NCBI GenBank assembly: GCA_002310055.1
Contig: DBXS01000031.1
Coordinates: 93,572 to 157,571, forward strand
DNA from: Clostridiales bacterium UBA1206
GTDB taxonomy: Bacteria; Bacillota; Clostridia; Oscillospirales; CAG-382
DNA length: 64,000 nucleotides
Reading direction: 5' to 3'
Shown piece after piece: positions 1 through 9,308 of the stretch (positions are counted from its first letter, which is position 1; the number at the start of each line of letters is the position of its first letter). Both the position numbers and the translations under genes were made by a program. A model generated the notes under the pieces. That model made no database searches and was not told the origin of the DNA. It saw only the letters and a program-made list of their open reading frames with translations.

Positions 1-1
1 A

Positions 2-382
2 ATGGGCATGCAGGTCGAAAAGGTACGCGATATCCTTAAGATAGCGCAGGAGCCCGTTTCGCTCGAGATGCCCATAGGCGAAGAAGAAGATTCGCATCTG
101 GGCGACTTTATCGCCGACGAAAACGTCCCCGCGCCGCAGGACGCCGCTTCGTATTCGATGCTCAAGGAGCAGCTGTTCGAAGTGCTGCACACGCTAACCC
201 CGCGCGAAGAAAACGTGCTCAAGCTGCGTTTCGGCCTTGAGGACGGCAGGCCCAGGACCCTTGAGGAAGTGGGCAAGGTGTTCAGCATCACGCGCGAACG
301 CATACGTCAGATCGAAGCCAAAGCGCTGCGCAAGCTGCGCCATCCCAGCCGTTCCAAACGGCTCAAGGACTATCTTGAATAA
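2..382 (+). CDS. sigA: RNA polymerase primary sigma factor, C-terminal fragment (5' end lies outside the window)
   Basis: The frame is open from the window edge. '[63 protein letters not shown]' is the canonical region 4.2 HTH and tail of group-1 sigma-70 factors. Confidence 0.9.
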   Translation: MGMQVEKVRDILKIAQEPVSLEMPIGEEEDSHLGDFIADENVPAPQDAASYSMLKEQLFEVLHTLTPREENVLKLRFGLEDGRPRTLEEVGKVFSITRERIRQIEAKALRKLRHPSRSKRLKDYLE

Positions 383-402
383 TTCTGCAGAGGTACGATA
401 CG

Positions 403-1422
403 ATGCTTAATAAACTTAAAGAAATCGAAGATTCCGGAATAAACGAGATCAACGGATCGTCTTCAACCGCCGCGCTCGAGGAGCTGCGGATAAAATATCT
501 GGGCAAAAAAGGCGCGCTCACTTCCATACTGCGCCAGCTCGGCACGCTTTCTTCCGAAGAGCGCCCCAAGGTCGGCGCCGCCGCCAACGTCGTGAGGCAG
601 AAGATAGAAGCGAGAATAGAGCAGAAGCTCGCCGAGCTCGAATCGCTCCAGCTCGACTTAAAGCTCAAGACCGAAAAAGTCGACGTCACGCTGCCCGGAT
701 GCAAAAAAGAAATAGGCCATCTTCATCCGCTGCGTTCCACCGAAAACCGCATGATAGAGATATTCGTGAGCATGGGATTCGACCTGGTCGAAGGGCCCGA
801 GGTCGAATCGGTCTACAACAATTTCGACGCGCTCAATGCGCCGGCCGACCATCCTTCACGCGATGAGACCGACACATTCTATATTTCGGATTCCGTAGTG
901 CTGCGCACGCAGACTTCGCCGGTGCAGATACGCGCCATGCAGACGCGCAAGCCGCCGATCCGCATCATTTCGCCGGGCAAGGTCTACCGCTGCGATTCGC
1001 CCGACGCCACGCATTCGCCCGTGTTCCACCAGCTCGAAGGTCTTGTGATAGACAAACACATAACGCTGGGCGATCTTAAAGGCACGCTCGACCTGTTCGC
1101 GCAAAGCATGTTCGGCGAAGGCACAAGGACGAGACTGCGCCCGCACAACTTCCCTTTTACCGAACCTTCGGTGGAAGTTGACTTTTCGTGCTTTGCCTGC
1201 GGCGGCAAGGGCTGCAAGCTGTGCAAGGGCGAAGGCTGGATAGAAATGCTGGGCGCCGGGATGGTGCATCCCAACGTGCTCGCCGGCTGCGGCATAGACC
1301 CCAATGAATACACCGGATTCGCATTCGGCGTGGGCATAGAACGCACCGCCATGCGCAAATACAACATCAACGACCTGCGCCTTTTCTACGAAAACGACGT
1401 GCGCTTTATCGGTCAGTTTTAA
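403..1422 (+). CDS. pheS: phenylalanine--tRNA ligase alpha subunit
   Basis: 339 aa with a class II aaRS core ('FRCDSPDATHSPVFHQLEG', 'GAGMVHPNVL', 'GFAFGVGIERTAM'). It is followed directly by pheT. Confidence 0.95.
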   Translation: MLNKLKEIEDSGINEINGSSSTAALEELRIKYLGKKGALTSILRQLGTLSSEERPKVGAAANVVRQKIEARIEQKLAELESLQLDLKLKTEKVDVTLPGCKKEIGHLHPLRSTENRMIEIFVSMGFDLVEGPEVESVYNNFDALNAPADHPSRDETDTFYISDSVVLRTQTSPVQIRAMQTRKPPIRIISPGKVYRCDSPDATHSPVFHQLEGLVIDKHITLGDLKGTLDLFAQSMFGEGTRTRLRPHNFPFTEPSVEVDFSCFACGGKGCKLCKGEGWIEMLGAGMVHPNVLAGCGIDPNEYTGFAFGVGIERTAMRKYNINDLRLFYENDVRFIGQF

Positions 1423-1442
1423 GTGAGGAGGTATAGGTCATT

Positions 1443-3818
1443 ATGAAAGTTTCGCTCAACTGGTTAAAAGATTACGCTTCGTTCCCCGCCGACATCCACG
1501 ACTACACCGAAGGGATGACGATGTCCGGCACCAAGGTGGAAGGCTGGGAAGCTTTAGGCGAAGATATTGAAAACGTTGTGGTGGGCAAAGTGCTCTCCAT
1601 GGAACGCCACCCCGATTCGGATCATCTTTGGGTCTGCAGCGTGGACGCCGGCGGCGAAAGGCCTTTGCAGATAGTGACCGGCGCTCAGAACGTGCGCGTC
1701 GGCGATCTCGTGCCCGTATGTCTGGACGGAGCAAAGCTCCCCGGCGGAAAGACGATAAAGACCGGCAAACTGCGCGGAGTGCTTTCGGAAGGCATGCTGT
1801 GTTCGATATCGGAGCTGGGGCTGACTCTGCACGATTTTCCGTACGCCGTCGAAGACGGTATATTCATCCTTAAAGAAGACTGCAAGCCCGGCGACGATAT
1901 ACGCGACGTGCTGATGCTGCGCGACATTCTGGTGGATTTTGAACTGACGTTCAACCGCCCGGACTGTCTTGCGCTGCTGGGTATCGCGCGCGAGACCGCC
2001 GCGACTTTCCGCACCGCGCTCAAATACGAAGAGCCGGTCGTTGCGCCCAAAAACGACGGCGACGACGTGACCGGATACGTGAGCGTTAAGGTAGAAAACT
2101 CCGTGCTGTGCCCGCGCTACACCGCGAGAGCGGTCAAAAACGTAAAGATAGGTCCGTCGCCGCTCTGGATGCGCGCCAGACTCCGCGCCTGCGGCGTGAG
2201 ACCCATCAACAACATAGTCGATATCACCAACTACGTCATGCTCGAATACGGTCAGCCCATGCACGCGTTCGACCACGAATTCATAAAAAGCAAGAGCATT
2301 GTGGTGCGCAACGCGCGCGAAGGCGAAAGCATCATAACGCTCGACAGCGCCGAACGCAAGCTCGACCCTTCGATGCTCGTCATCGCCGACGGCGAACGCG
2401 CGATAGCGCTCGCGGGCGTTATGGGCGGCGAGAATTCCGAAATAAACGACAACACCGCGACCGTCATTTTCGAATCCGCCAATTTCAACCGCGAAAACAT
2501 CCGCTTCACCTCGCGCGCGGTGGGACTGCGCACCGATTCTTCCAAGCGTTTTGAAAAAGGGCTTCCGCCCTACAACGCGCTCCCCGCTATCAACCGGGCG
2601 TGCCAGCTCGTGGAAGAGCTGGGCTGCGGCGAAGTGGTGGACGGCGTGATAGACGTCTGCTCCGCCGACATAGCTCCTTATAAAGTGGATTTCAAGCCTC
2701 AGCGCATAAATCAGATACTCGGCACTTCCCTTTGCGATGCCGAGATCGCGGACATACTTTCGCTTATCGAATTCAAAGTCGAAGGCGACAAGGTCACCGT
2801 CCCCGCGTACCGCACCGATATCGTCAACACCGCCGACCTCGCCGAAGAAGTGGGCAGACTTTACGGCGTAGACAAGATAGAAGGCACGCGCTTTGAAGGC
2901 CGCGCCGCAGAAGGCCATATCACCCCGGGCAAACAGCTGTGCAATCTGCTGGATGAATACTGCACCGGGCTCGGATATTCCGAGATATACACCTATTCGT
3001 TCATATCGCCGCTGTGGTTCGATAAAATACGCCTTTCCGGCGACGACGCGCGCCGCGACGCGATAAAGATACGCAATCCGCTGGGCGACGAAACTTCGAT
3101 AATGCGCACCACCGCGCTGCCTTCGATGCTTTCATGCATATCGCTCAATTACAGCCGCCACAACCTGAGCGCAAAGCTCTTTGAAACCGCCACGGTGTTC
3201 AGAAAGAGCGGCGAGATGTCAGACGAGCGGAAGATATTGTGCCTTGGCAGCTACGGCAGCGGCGATTTCTTCGATATCAAAGGCGATATCGAGGCGATAC
3301 TCGACGGGCTGGGGATCAAAGAGCGCGCGTTCGTGAGATGCACGGACGAGCATTCGTACCACCCCGGAAGATGCGCGAAAGTCTTCTGCGGCAACGTTCT
3401 TCTGGGCGTGTTCGGTCAGGTACATCCGCTCGCCGCGCGCGAATTCGGCATAGAATGCGAATGCTTCGCAGCCGAGCTGGAGCTCGACGCGCTGAGCGTT
3501 TGCCGCGCCGAACCGCAGTACGCGCCCATACCCGTATTCCCCGCTTCGGAACGCGATCTGGCGCTGGTGATGGACGAAGACGCCGAAGCCGGAGCGGTCT
3601 GCGACATCATAAAGAAATACGGCGGAAAAGCGCTGGTCAGCGTGAACGTCTTTGACGTTTACCGCGGCAAAGGCGTGGAGGATGGCAAAAAGAGCGTGGC
3701 GTTCCGGCTCACGTTCCGTCTGCCCGACAAGACGCTGAGCGACGAAGACGTCGACAAAGCCATAAGCAAGATACTTAAAAAGCTCGGCGAAGAAGCCGGT
3801 ATCGCTTTGAGATCTTAG
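1443..3818 (+). CDS. pheT: phenylalanine--tRNA ligase beta subunit
   Basis: 791 aa. The N-terminus 'MKVSLNWLKDY' and tRNA-binding domain, the B3/4 and B5 region, and the C-terminal FDX-ACB-like domain ('VFDVYRGKGV...KSVAFRL') are present. An SD 'GAGGAGG' lies upstream. Confidence 0.95.
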   Translation: MKVSLNWLKDYASFPADIHDYTEGMTMSGTKVEGWEALGEDIENVVVGKVLSMERHPDSDHLWVCSVDAGGERPLQIVTGAQNVRVGDLVPVCLDGAKLPGGKTIKTGKLRGVLSEGMLCSISELGLTLHDFPYAVEDGIFILKEDCKPGDDIRDVLMLRDILVDFELTFNRPDCLALLGIARETAATFRTALKYEEPVVAPKNDGDDVTGYVSVKVENSVLCPRYTARAVKNVKIGPSPLWMRARLRACGVRPINNIVDITNYVMLEYGQPMHAFDHEFIKSKSIVVRNAREGESIITLDSAERKLDPSMLVIADGERAIALAGVMGGENSEINDNTATVIFESANFNRENIRFTSRAVGLRTDSSKRFEKGLPPYNALPAINRACQLVEELGCGEVVDGVIDVCSADIAPYKVDFKPQRINQILGTSLCDAEIADILSLIEFKVEGDKVTVPAYRTDIVNTADLAEEVGRLYGVDKIEGTRFEGRAAEGHITPGKQLCNLLDEYCTGLGYSEIYTYSFISPLWFDKIRLSGDDARRDAIKIRNPLGDETSIMRTTALPSMLSCISLNYSRHNLSAKLFETATVFRKSGEMSDERKILCLGSYGSGDFFDIKGDIEAILDGLGIKERAFVRCTDEHSYHPGRCAKVFCGNVLLGVFGQVHPLAAREFGIECECFAAELELDALSVCRAEPQYAPIPVFPASERDLALVMDEDAEAGAVCDIIKKYGGKALVSVNVFDVYRGKGVEDGKKSVAFRLTFRLPDKTLSDEDVDKAISKILKKLGEEAGIALRS

Positions 3819-3857
3819 TGTTACCGCGGGGCGGCGGACGCCGCCCCCAAAACCCTA

Positions 3858-3886
3858 TTGCATTCGACACAAAAACGTGCTATAAT
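3858..3886 (+). promoter_or_regulatory. sigma-70 type promoter for ireB
   Basis: TTGCAT (3858-3863), a 17-nt spacer, then TATAAT (3881-3886), 32 nt upstream of the ireB ATG. Confidence 0.6.
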
Positions 3887-3918
3887 AATACCAAATAAAT
3901 AAACGGGAGGCAAAAGCA

Positions 3919-4170
3919 ATGGAAGAGAACAACAAGACAAGACCGTTCAGCATTAAAGAGCAGGAAGAGATCCAGATGCGCAACGTGCTCCAGTGTGTGT
4001 ACGATTCGCTCAAGGAAAAAGGCTATAACCCCATCAACCAGCTTGTGGGCTATATCCTTTCGGAAGACCCCACCTATATCACCAACCACAACAACGCGCG
4101 CTCGCTCATACGCAAGATCGACCGCGACAAGCTTTTGCGTTCTCTGGTACAGAACTATCTTAAGCTTTGA
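3919..4170 (+). CDS. ireB: IreB family regulatory phosphoprotein (UPF0297/YrzL)
   Basis: 83 aa. '[47 protein letters not shown]' matches the conserved UPF0297 core. The SD is GGGAGG. Confidence 0.85.
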   Translation: MEENNKTRPFSIKEQEEIQMRNVLQCVYDSLKEKGYNPINQLVGYILSEDPTYITNHNNARSLIRKIDRDKLLRSLVQNYLKL

Positions 4171-4186
4171 GAAAGGAACTTTGATA

Positions 4187-4489
4187 ATGGGCGAAGAAAT
4201 AAAAACTTTGATGTATAAAGGCAAGCCGCTGGTAAGGCAGGGGCAGTTCCTTTATTACGGTTTCCCCGATGACAAGGCGATTCTGTTTATGAACATACTC
4301 GAGACCAGGAAATCGGGAGACCTGGATATAGCCACGCGCGTGCTCGTGCAGATACAATCTACCGACGACGAGCTGAGTTTTGCCGACAAGGTGCTGAAAC
4401 AGTGCGAAAAAGGCAGCTTTTACGAAGCGTTCGAGATAGGCACCATCTGGCTTTGGCGCGAGCTGAACAAAAACGAACAGGGCAAATAA
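4187..4489 (+). CDS. hypothetical small protein (100 aa)
   Basis: The ATG at 4187 lies 17 nt after the ireB stop and the coding-like composition continues. The upstream part of the tracked ORF (3995-4186) overlaps ireB out of frame. I recognise no family. Confidence 0.5.
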   Translation: MGEEIKTLMYKGKPLVRQGQFLYYGFPDDKAILFMNILETRKSGDLDIATRVLVQIQSTDDELSFADKVLKQCEKGSFYEAFEIGTIWLWRELNKNEQGK

Positions 4490-4502
4490 CGGGGTAAAAG
4501 TT

Positions 4503-5330
4503 ATGAAACTGACTTATCTCGGCACCGCCGCCGCCGAAGGGTGGCCCGCGGTATACTGCAACTGCGACCACTGCAAGCGCGCAAAGGCGGCGGGCGGAAG
4601 GAATATCCGCACGCGCAGCCAGGCGCTTATCAACGACGACCTGCTTATCGACTACCCTGCCGATACATACGCCCACGCGCTGTTCAACAAGCTCGATCTT
4701 TCGGCGGTGCGGTATCTTATTTTCACCCACGCGCATATGGATCACTGCGAGCCGCTCGACCTGGCGTTCCGCGCCGAAAGCTGCTACGCCCACGGTATGA
4801 CCTGCGCGGACCTCGATATCTACGGCAACGAGGCGTGCAAAAAGCGGCTGGAAGACGCGCTTGCGGTTTACCACGACGAAAGGGCGAAATACAACTACAC
4901 CGTGGTAAAGCCGTTTGAACCCGTGGAGTTCGGCAATTACAAGGTGACTCCGCTGAAGGCGTACCATTCGAGCCCCAACGATTTGGTTTACATAATCCAA
5001 TCCGAAGGCAAGACGGTGCTCTACCTGCACGACACCGGGACAAAGATCGAAGATTCCATTGAATACCTTGTATCCAACAAGATAAAGGCCGACCTTGTGA
5101 GCTACGACTGCACCTTTGTGGCGCTCCCCAGCGGAGGCGGACACATGGGGCTCGACACCAACGTCGTGATGCGCGATCTTTTCCTTGAAAAAGGGATAAT
5201 CGATACAAACACAATAAACGTCATCAACCACTTTTCGCATAACGGCAAGCTCATCTACGACGAGCTCGTCCCCGTCGCGCGCGAGCTGGGTTTTGAGACT
5301 TCCTACGACGGGATGGTAATTGAGCTTTGA
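4503..5330 (+). CDS. MBL-fold metallo-hydrolase
   Basis: 275 aa with the 'FTHAHMDHC' HxHxDH zinc motif and N-terminus 'MKLTYLGTAAAEGWP'. It resembles PhnP/beta-lactamase-fold phosphodiesterases. Confidence 0.75.
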   Translation: MKLTYLGTAAAEGWPAVYCNCDHCKRAKAAGGRNIRTRSQALINDDLLIDYPADTYAHALFNKLDLSAVRYLIFTHAHMDHCEPLDLAFRAESCYAHGMTCADLDIYGNEACKKRLEDALAVYHDERAKYNYTVVKPFEPVEFGNYKVTPLKAYHSSPNDLVYIIQSEGKTVLYLHDTGTKIEDSIEYLVSNKIKADLVSYDCTFVALPSGGGHMGLDTNVVMRDLFLEKGIIDTNTINVINHFSHNGKLIYDELVPVARELGFETSYDGMVIEL

Positions 5331-5369
5331 TCCCGTACAATGAACAATCAGCCTAGGAGGAACAATACT

Positions 5370-6410
5370 ATGAAAACAAGAATTATTATCTATTTGTTGC
5401 TTCTTGTATTTGTTTTGGTATCATGCAATAACAATAACGTCAATGTATCTGAAGAAATAAGCCGCGACGACAGTATACCGGCTGTTTCCGACACGGAAAG
5501 CAGCGGAGCTGAAAGCAGCGAGCCTGAAAGCAGCGGAGCCGAAAGCAGCGAGCCCGAGACCGAATTTATGAATAAATACGAGTTCGATCCCATCCCTTCG
5601 GCGGAAACGTTCGCCCCCGGGAAGCTCAACGTATATAAGGACCCCTTCCCCTACGGCGAGGAAGGCCCGGAATTCGAAGTGACCGAAGCGATGATGAAGA
5701 AATGCGAAAACGACCTTCACGCGTTCACGCTGACGCTGGACGAAATTTACCGTTCCGGTCTGCAGCTGAAAGACGAAGAAGAAGGCACGTACGGGATAGA
5801 GCAGAATAACACGTATATCATTGCCGGACCCGGCAGCGAGATGCTGATCTATTATACGCAGCCGCGCAATGAACTGAACGCGACCGAAGACGACCTGCTC
5901 GAACAGGACATAGAATTCCTTGACGAGCTGTTCGATTTTTACAAGTTCGACCGCACGAAGCTCACCGTCGTTTCCGAGAAACTGATCACTGCGGAAAGTA
6001 CGACCGTTACGTTTGTGATAAGCGAAACCGGCAGAGCTCCCGCGGATCTTGCGGCGGCGGCAATTTCGCGCTGCGTTAAGATAAGTGCGTCAAACGGCAT
6101 GATCACGGGCATAAAAGCCATATCGTACGAGCTCGAGCTCGAGGATAGCGCGGACGCGCTGACTTACGCCGAAGCGAAAGCGAAACTGCTTGCGAACGAA
6201 TACTGCAAAGACAATTACGATCTGAGCGTGATACCGCAGCTCACCGAAAACGATATCGCCGGCTGCACGCTCGTTTATAAAGGCGTATACGACGACGAGC
6301 GAACCTGGTTCGCTCCCGGTTCGGACAAATACGTTCCTTATTACTGCTTTTACGTTACGGCGGACGCCAACGGCAATATGACGAAGGCGTACGTAAACGC
6401 GCTGAAGTAA
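5370..6410 (+). CDS. lipoprotein of unknown function with a Ser/Glu-rich tandem-repeat linker
   Basis: AGGAGG sits 9 nt before the ATG at 5370. The signal peptide 'MKTRIIIYLLLLVFVLVSC' carries a lipobox. The linker reads 'ESSGAESSEPESSGAESSEPE'. Confidence 0.7.
   Translation: MKTRIIIYLLLLVFVLVSCNNNNVNVSEEISRDDSIPAVSDTESSGAESSEPESSGAESSEPETEFMNKYEFDPIPSAETFAPGKLNVYKDPFPYGEEGPEFEVTEAMMKKCENDLHAFTLTLDEIYRSGLQLKDEEEGTYGIEQNNTYIIAGPGSEMLIYYTQPRNELNATEDDLLEQDIEFLDELFDFYKFDRTKLTVVSEKLITAESTTVTFVISETGRAPADLAAAAISRCVKISASNGMITGIKAISYELELEDSADALTYAEAKAKLLANEYCKDNYDLSVIPQLTENDIAGCTLVYKGVYDDERTWFAPGSDKYVPYYCFYVTADANGNMTKAYVNALK
5496..5555 (+). repeat. in-frame tandem repeat, 2 x 30 bp (4 x 15 bp sub-units)
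   Basis: gaaagcagcggagctgaaagcagcgagcct followed by gaaagcagcggagccgaaagcagcgagccc. It encodes (ESSGAESSEP)x2. Confidence 0.9.
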
Positions 6411-6446
6411 AAGGATTTCATTACAAAAGGGGGAAAAAACATCTGT

Positions 6447-6959
6447 ATGAAAAAGACGGTAATATTTGTTTTGATCATCGTTACGGCATTTTGTTTCTGT
6501 TCCTGCGCAAGCGACTCGAAGCCAGCCGGATACGTGGATTTTGACAAGCTCCCCGCCGGATACCTCACGGAAAACGCCATAGAAGACGGCTGCGTGGTGT
6601 TCGTGGGCAATAAGCTTATCGCCGGCAAAGAGGACTGGGACGCGTTTATCGCGGACGTCGGCAAAAACGCCGCGTGCACAGTGCGTGTCGCGACCAAACA
6701 GAACGAAAAAGATTCGTTCCGGTTTATTGATCTTTCGTACGCGGATTCGGCTTTCGGCGTCAAAACGAACGACGGCATCGACAAGAGCTACAAGTTCCTG
6801 AACCACTACGCGCCCGCCGACGGAGACGACCCCGCGATCGAGCGCTATGCGCTCACCAACGAAGAAAACATCACCTACGCCGAGATCGAAAGACGGCTTG
6901 CAAGCAGTCTCGCAAATGATTCGATAGACGTTTTCTTTGTCTATTTGGACATAGAATAA
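6447..6959 (+). CDS. small lipoprotein, possibly DUF4362-like
   Basis: 170 aa with signal/lipobox 'MKKTVIFVLIIVTAFCFCSC'. The family assignment is from memory of DUF4362-type sequences and is tentative. Confidence 0.6.
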   Translation: MKKTVIFVLIIVTAFCFCSCASDSKPAGYVDFDKLPAGYLTENAIEDGCVVFVGNKLIAGKEDWDAFIADVGKNAACTVRVATKQNEKDSFRFIDLSYADSAFGVKTNDGIDKSYKFLNHYAPADGDDPAIERYALTNEENITYAEIERRLASSLANDSIDVFFVYLDIE

Positions 6960-6982
6960 GCTTGCTTTAAAAGGCGAAGGAA

Positions 6983-7015
6983 AAGCGCTTCCGCGTGATT
7001 GCGGAAGCGCTTTTT
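6983..7015. terminator. bidirectional intrinsic terminator between convergent genes
   Basis: A 12-bp stem aagcgcttccgc / gcggaagcgctt with a 6-nt loop. A T-run follows on the + strand and an A-run precedes it. Confidence 0.7.
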
Positions 7016-7030
7016 ATAAGCATAACAGGT

Positions 7031-7585
7031 TTACATAATTTCTTTGAGCTTAGAATATATCTCGCAGAGCGGAAGCCCCACGACGTTGAAATAATCGCCG
7101 TTTATGCGTTTTACGAACACCGACGCCCTGCCCTGGATCCCGTAAGCGCCCGCCTTATCCATGGGCTCGCCGGTGGCGATATAGCCTTCGATCTCTTCGC
7201 CTGAAAGCTCGCGGAATTCGACCTCGGTCACCGAGCAGCCGGTGTATTCGGCGCCGCCCTTTATTACGGCGTATCCCGTGCAGACGTAATGCGTTCTGCC
7301 CGAAAGCGCCGTAAGCATACGCCTTGCGTCTTCCGCGCCGTGCGGCTTGCCGAATATTTCGCCCTGCAGGTACACCACCGTGTCGGCGCCGAGCACGATA
7401 TCGTTTTTTCCGCAGGCCGACGCGACTTCGCGCGCCTTACAGAGCGCGCTCGCGACGGCGTATTCCCCGGGCGGGAGCGTTTGGGGCGGGTTTATTTCGT
7501 CTTTTGCGGGGCGTACGGCGAAGCGAAGTCCCGTGAGTTTCAATAGTTCTCTGCGGCGCGGCGATGCCGAAGCAAGAACGAGCAT
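7031..7585 (-). CDS. maf: Maf-family nucleoside triphosphate pyrophosphatase (septum formation protein)
   Basis: 184 aa starting from the internal ATG at 7585. 'MLVLASASPRRRELL...GADTVV...GKP...AGAYGIQG' are the Maf signature blocks. The longer tracked ORF (to 8104) has no homology-like sequence upstream. Confidence 0.9.
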   Translation of the reverse strand: MLVLASASPRRRELLKLTGLRFAVRPAKDEINPPQTLPPGEYAVASALCKAREVASACGKNDIVLGADTVVYLQGEIFGKPHGAEDARRMLTALSGRTHYVCTGYAVIKGGAEYTGCSVTEVEFRELSGEEIEGYIATGEPMDKAGAYGIQGRASVFVKRINGDYFNVVGLPLCEIYSKLKEIM

Positions 7586-7691
7586 ATGCGTCAACTCCTT
7601 TATACCTGCGATTTTACCACAAAGGAAAGAAAAAGTAAAGCGTTTTGGCATATTTACAATGCGCAAATAATAGTTATTAACGGTGTTACAT

Positions 7692-8438
7692 ATGCGTATA
7701 TCAGTTACGGGAATAAGAAAAAGCAAAAGTTTTGCCATCGTCACGCTCGTCTTTCTGGCCGCTATGGGCGCGGTCGCCCTGGTCGCTGCGATAACGCGCC
7801 GAAACGAAGAGATACGGTACGCGGGGACTTCGGAGGCGCTTGCGTCAGGCGGAAAAGACATATACGCGGTGATCTGCCGCGGTACCGGAACGCGGGAGAC
7901 CCGGGAACTGGCGTTTGAGATATTTGAAGAACGCGATGTGAAGGCTGTGTTCTTTATAAACGATTCGACCGACGTAAACGCCGCGAAAGCCGTGCTTTCG
8001 CACGGGCACGCGCTGGGCGTGGATTGTTCCGGCACTCGCGGGATGAACAAAAGCGAGTTCCTGCGTTGGCTCGCGGCGCAGAACGACTTTCTTTTCGCAT
8101 CCACCGGCAGGCGCCCGCGCTTCTGCTGCGCGGACGGAGACGCGTGCCTTTATGCGCGCGAGGTTTGTAAAACGTACGGCCAGTTCTGCGTGAATGCGGC
8201 AGAAATCATAAACGCCGGCTACGCGGAGATAGAGCGCGGCGGCGTGGTGCTGTGTTCCTTAAAAAATGCGGATACCCTTTACGCATTTGCGCAGGCCGCC
8301 GAGCGGGCGGCGGCGCGCGGGATATACCCCGCGGGGCTGTATGAGCTGTTTGAGGAATACGGCGGCGTTTTTATTGCACGGTACGGGCGAATTTATTGGG
8401 AAAACTATTTACAAAACGCGCAAGGTGTGTTAAAATAG
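7692..8438 (+). CDS. membrane-anchored polysaccharide deacetylase-like (NodB-fold, degenerate) protein
   Basis: An N-terminal TM segment 'FAIVTLVFLAAMGAVALVAAI', then 'VKAVFFINDSTDVN...LSHGHALG...'. The catalytic motifs look degenerate, and the start could be GTG 7683 or ATG 7692. Confidence 0.4.
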   Translation: MRISVTGIRKSKSFAIVTLVFLAAMGAVALVAAITRRNEEIRYAGTSEALASGGKDIYAVICRGTGTRETRELAFEIFEERDVKAVFFINDSTDVNAAKAVLSHGHALGVDCSGTRGMNKSEFLRWLAAQNDFLFASTGRRPRFCCADGDACLYAREVCKTYGQFCVNAAEIINAGYAEIERGGVVLCSLKNADTLYAFAQAAERAAARGIYPAGLYELFEEYGGVFIARYGRIYWENYLQNAQGVLK

Positions 8439-8465
8439 TGTATCAATAAACGGAGGTGTTTATAA

Positions 8466-9284
8466 ATGTTCCCTGTAGGAGTTCAGGTCTATTCGGTGCG
8501 CGACGTCGCCGAAAAGGACTTTTACGGCACTTTAAAGCAGATCAAAGAAATGGGTTACGACGGCGTTGAGTTCGCCGGTCTTTACGGCCACGCGCCGGCG
8601 CAGGTCAAGGAATGGCTCGGCGAGTTGGGACTTGCGGCGGTATCGGCGCACGTTTCGATAGACGAAATGCTTGCGGATCCGGACAAGCTGTTTTCCGACT
8701 ACGCGCTTATAGGATGCAAATACATAGCGGTACCCTACCTTGTGGAAAGCCGCCGTCCCGGGCACGAAGGCTTTGAGCAGACGGTCAAAGAAATAGCCAT
8801 GCTCACCGAAAAAGCCGCTTCCCACGGCATACAGATGATGTACCACAACCACGATTTCGAGTTTGTCAAGCTGGGCGACAAGTACGGCTTTGACATTTTA
8901 TACGAATCCGTTCCCGGTCTGGCCACCGAGCAGGACACCTGCTGGGTGAATGTCGGCGGCGAAGACCCGTGCAAATATCTCGTCAAATACGCCGGGCGCG
9001 CGCCCGTGGTGCATCTTAAGGATTTCGTTATGAAAGACCGCGACGTGAAATCCGGCCTGTACGAGCTGATCGGGATCAAACCCACCGAGCGTCAGGCCGA
9101 CGAAGGCGACTTTGCGTTCCGCCCCGTTGGTCACGGAGTCCAGGATATCCCCGCCATACTCGACGCGGCGAAAAAAGCCGGTTCCGAATGGATCATTGTG
9201 GAGCAAGACCGCGAATGCCTCGGCTGGAGCTCGATGGAATGCATAAGAAAGTCCATAAACTACTTGAAACAGGTCAATAAATAA
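8466..9284 (+). CDS. sugar phosphate isomerase/epimerase (xylose isomerase-like TIM barrel)
   Basis: 272 aa. 'GYDGVEFAGLYG', 'MYHNHDFEF' and 'VHLKD...IVEQD' are typical AP_endonuc_2/TIM-barrel blocks. The SD is GGAGGTG. Confidence 0.8.
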   Translation: MFPVGVQVYSVRDVAEKDFYGTLKQIKEMGYDGVEFAGLYGHAPAQVKEWLGELGLAAVSAHVSIDEMLADPDKLFSDYALIGCKYIAVPYLVESRRPGHEGFEQTVKEIAMLTEKAASHGIQMMYHNHDFEFVKLGDKYGFDILYESVPGLATEQDTCWVNVGGEDPCKYLVKYAGRAPVVHLKDFVMKDRDVKSGLYELIGIKPTERQADEGDFAFRPVGHGVQDIPAILDAAKKAGSEWIIVEQDRECLGWSSMECIRKSINYLKQVNK

Positions 9285-9308
9285 ATCCTTTAAAAGGAGC
9301 AACTTGAA

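Noticed and set aside
1554-2918. 454-aa ORF on the minus strand
   Set aside because: It lies entirely antisense to pheT, which has unmistakable PheT homology. The product is Arg/Ala/Gly/Val-rich low-complexity sequence, typical of stop-poor antisense frames in GC-rich coding DNA.
3828-3847. 8-bp GC stem-loop (ggggcggc-ggac-gccgcccc) after pheT as an intrinsic terminator
   Set aside because: There is no U-tract downstream on the + strand (it is followed by caaaaccc). It may still stabilise the 3' end, but I do not call it a terminator.
3995-4186. N-terminal extension of the 4187-4489 ORF
   Set aside because: It overlaps ireB out of frame with a Thr/Arg/Ser-rich product. The ATG at 4187 just after the ireB stop is the sensible start.
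5496-5555. Tandem repeat considered as a possible CRISPR or minisatellite
   Set aside because: There are only adjacent in-frame copies with no spacers, and the repeat lies inside a coding linker. It is not a CRISPR array.
7586-8104. N-terminal extension of the maf ORF (tracked as 357 aa)
   Set aside because: Maf homology begins exactly at the internal ATG (7585, 'MLVLASASPRRR'). The upstream 173 aa are low-complexity and overlap the divergent promoter region and the opposite-strand gene at 7692-8438.
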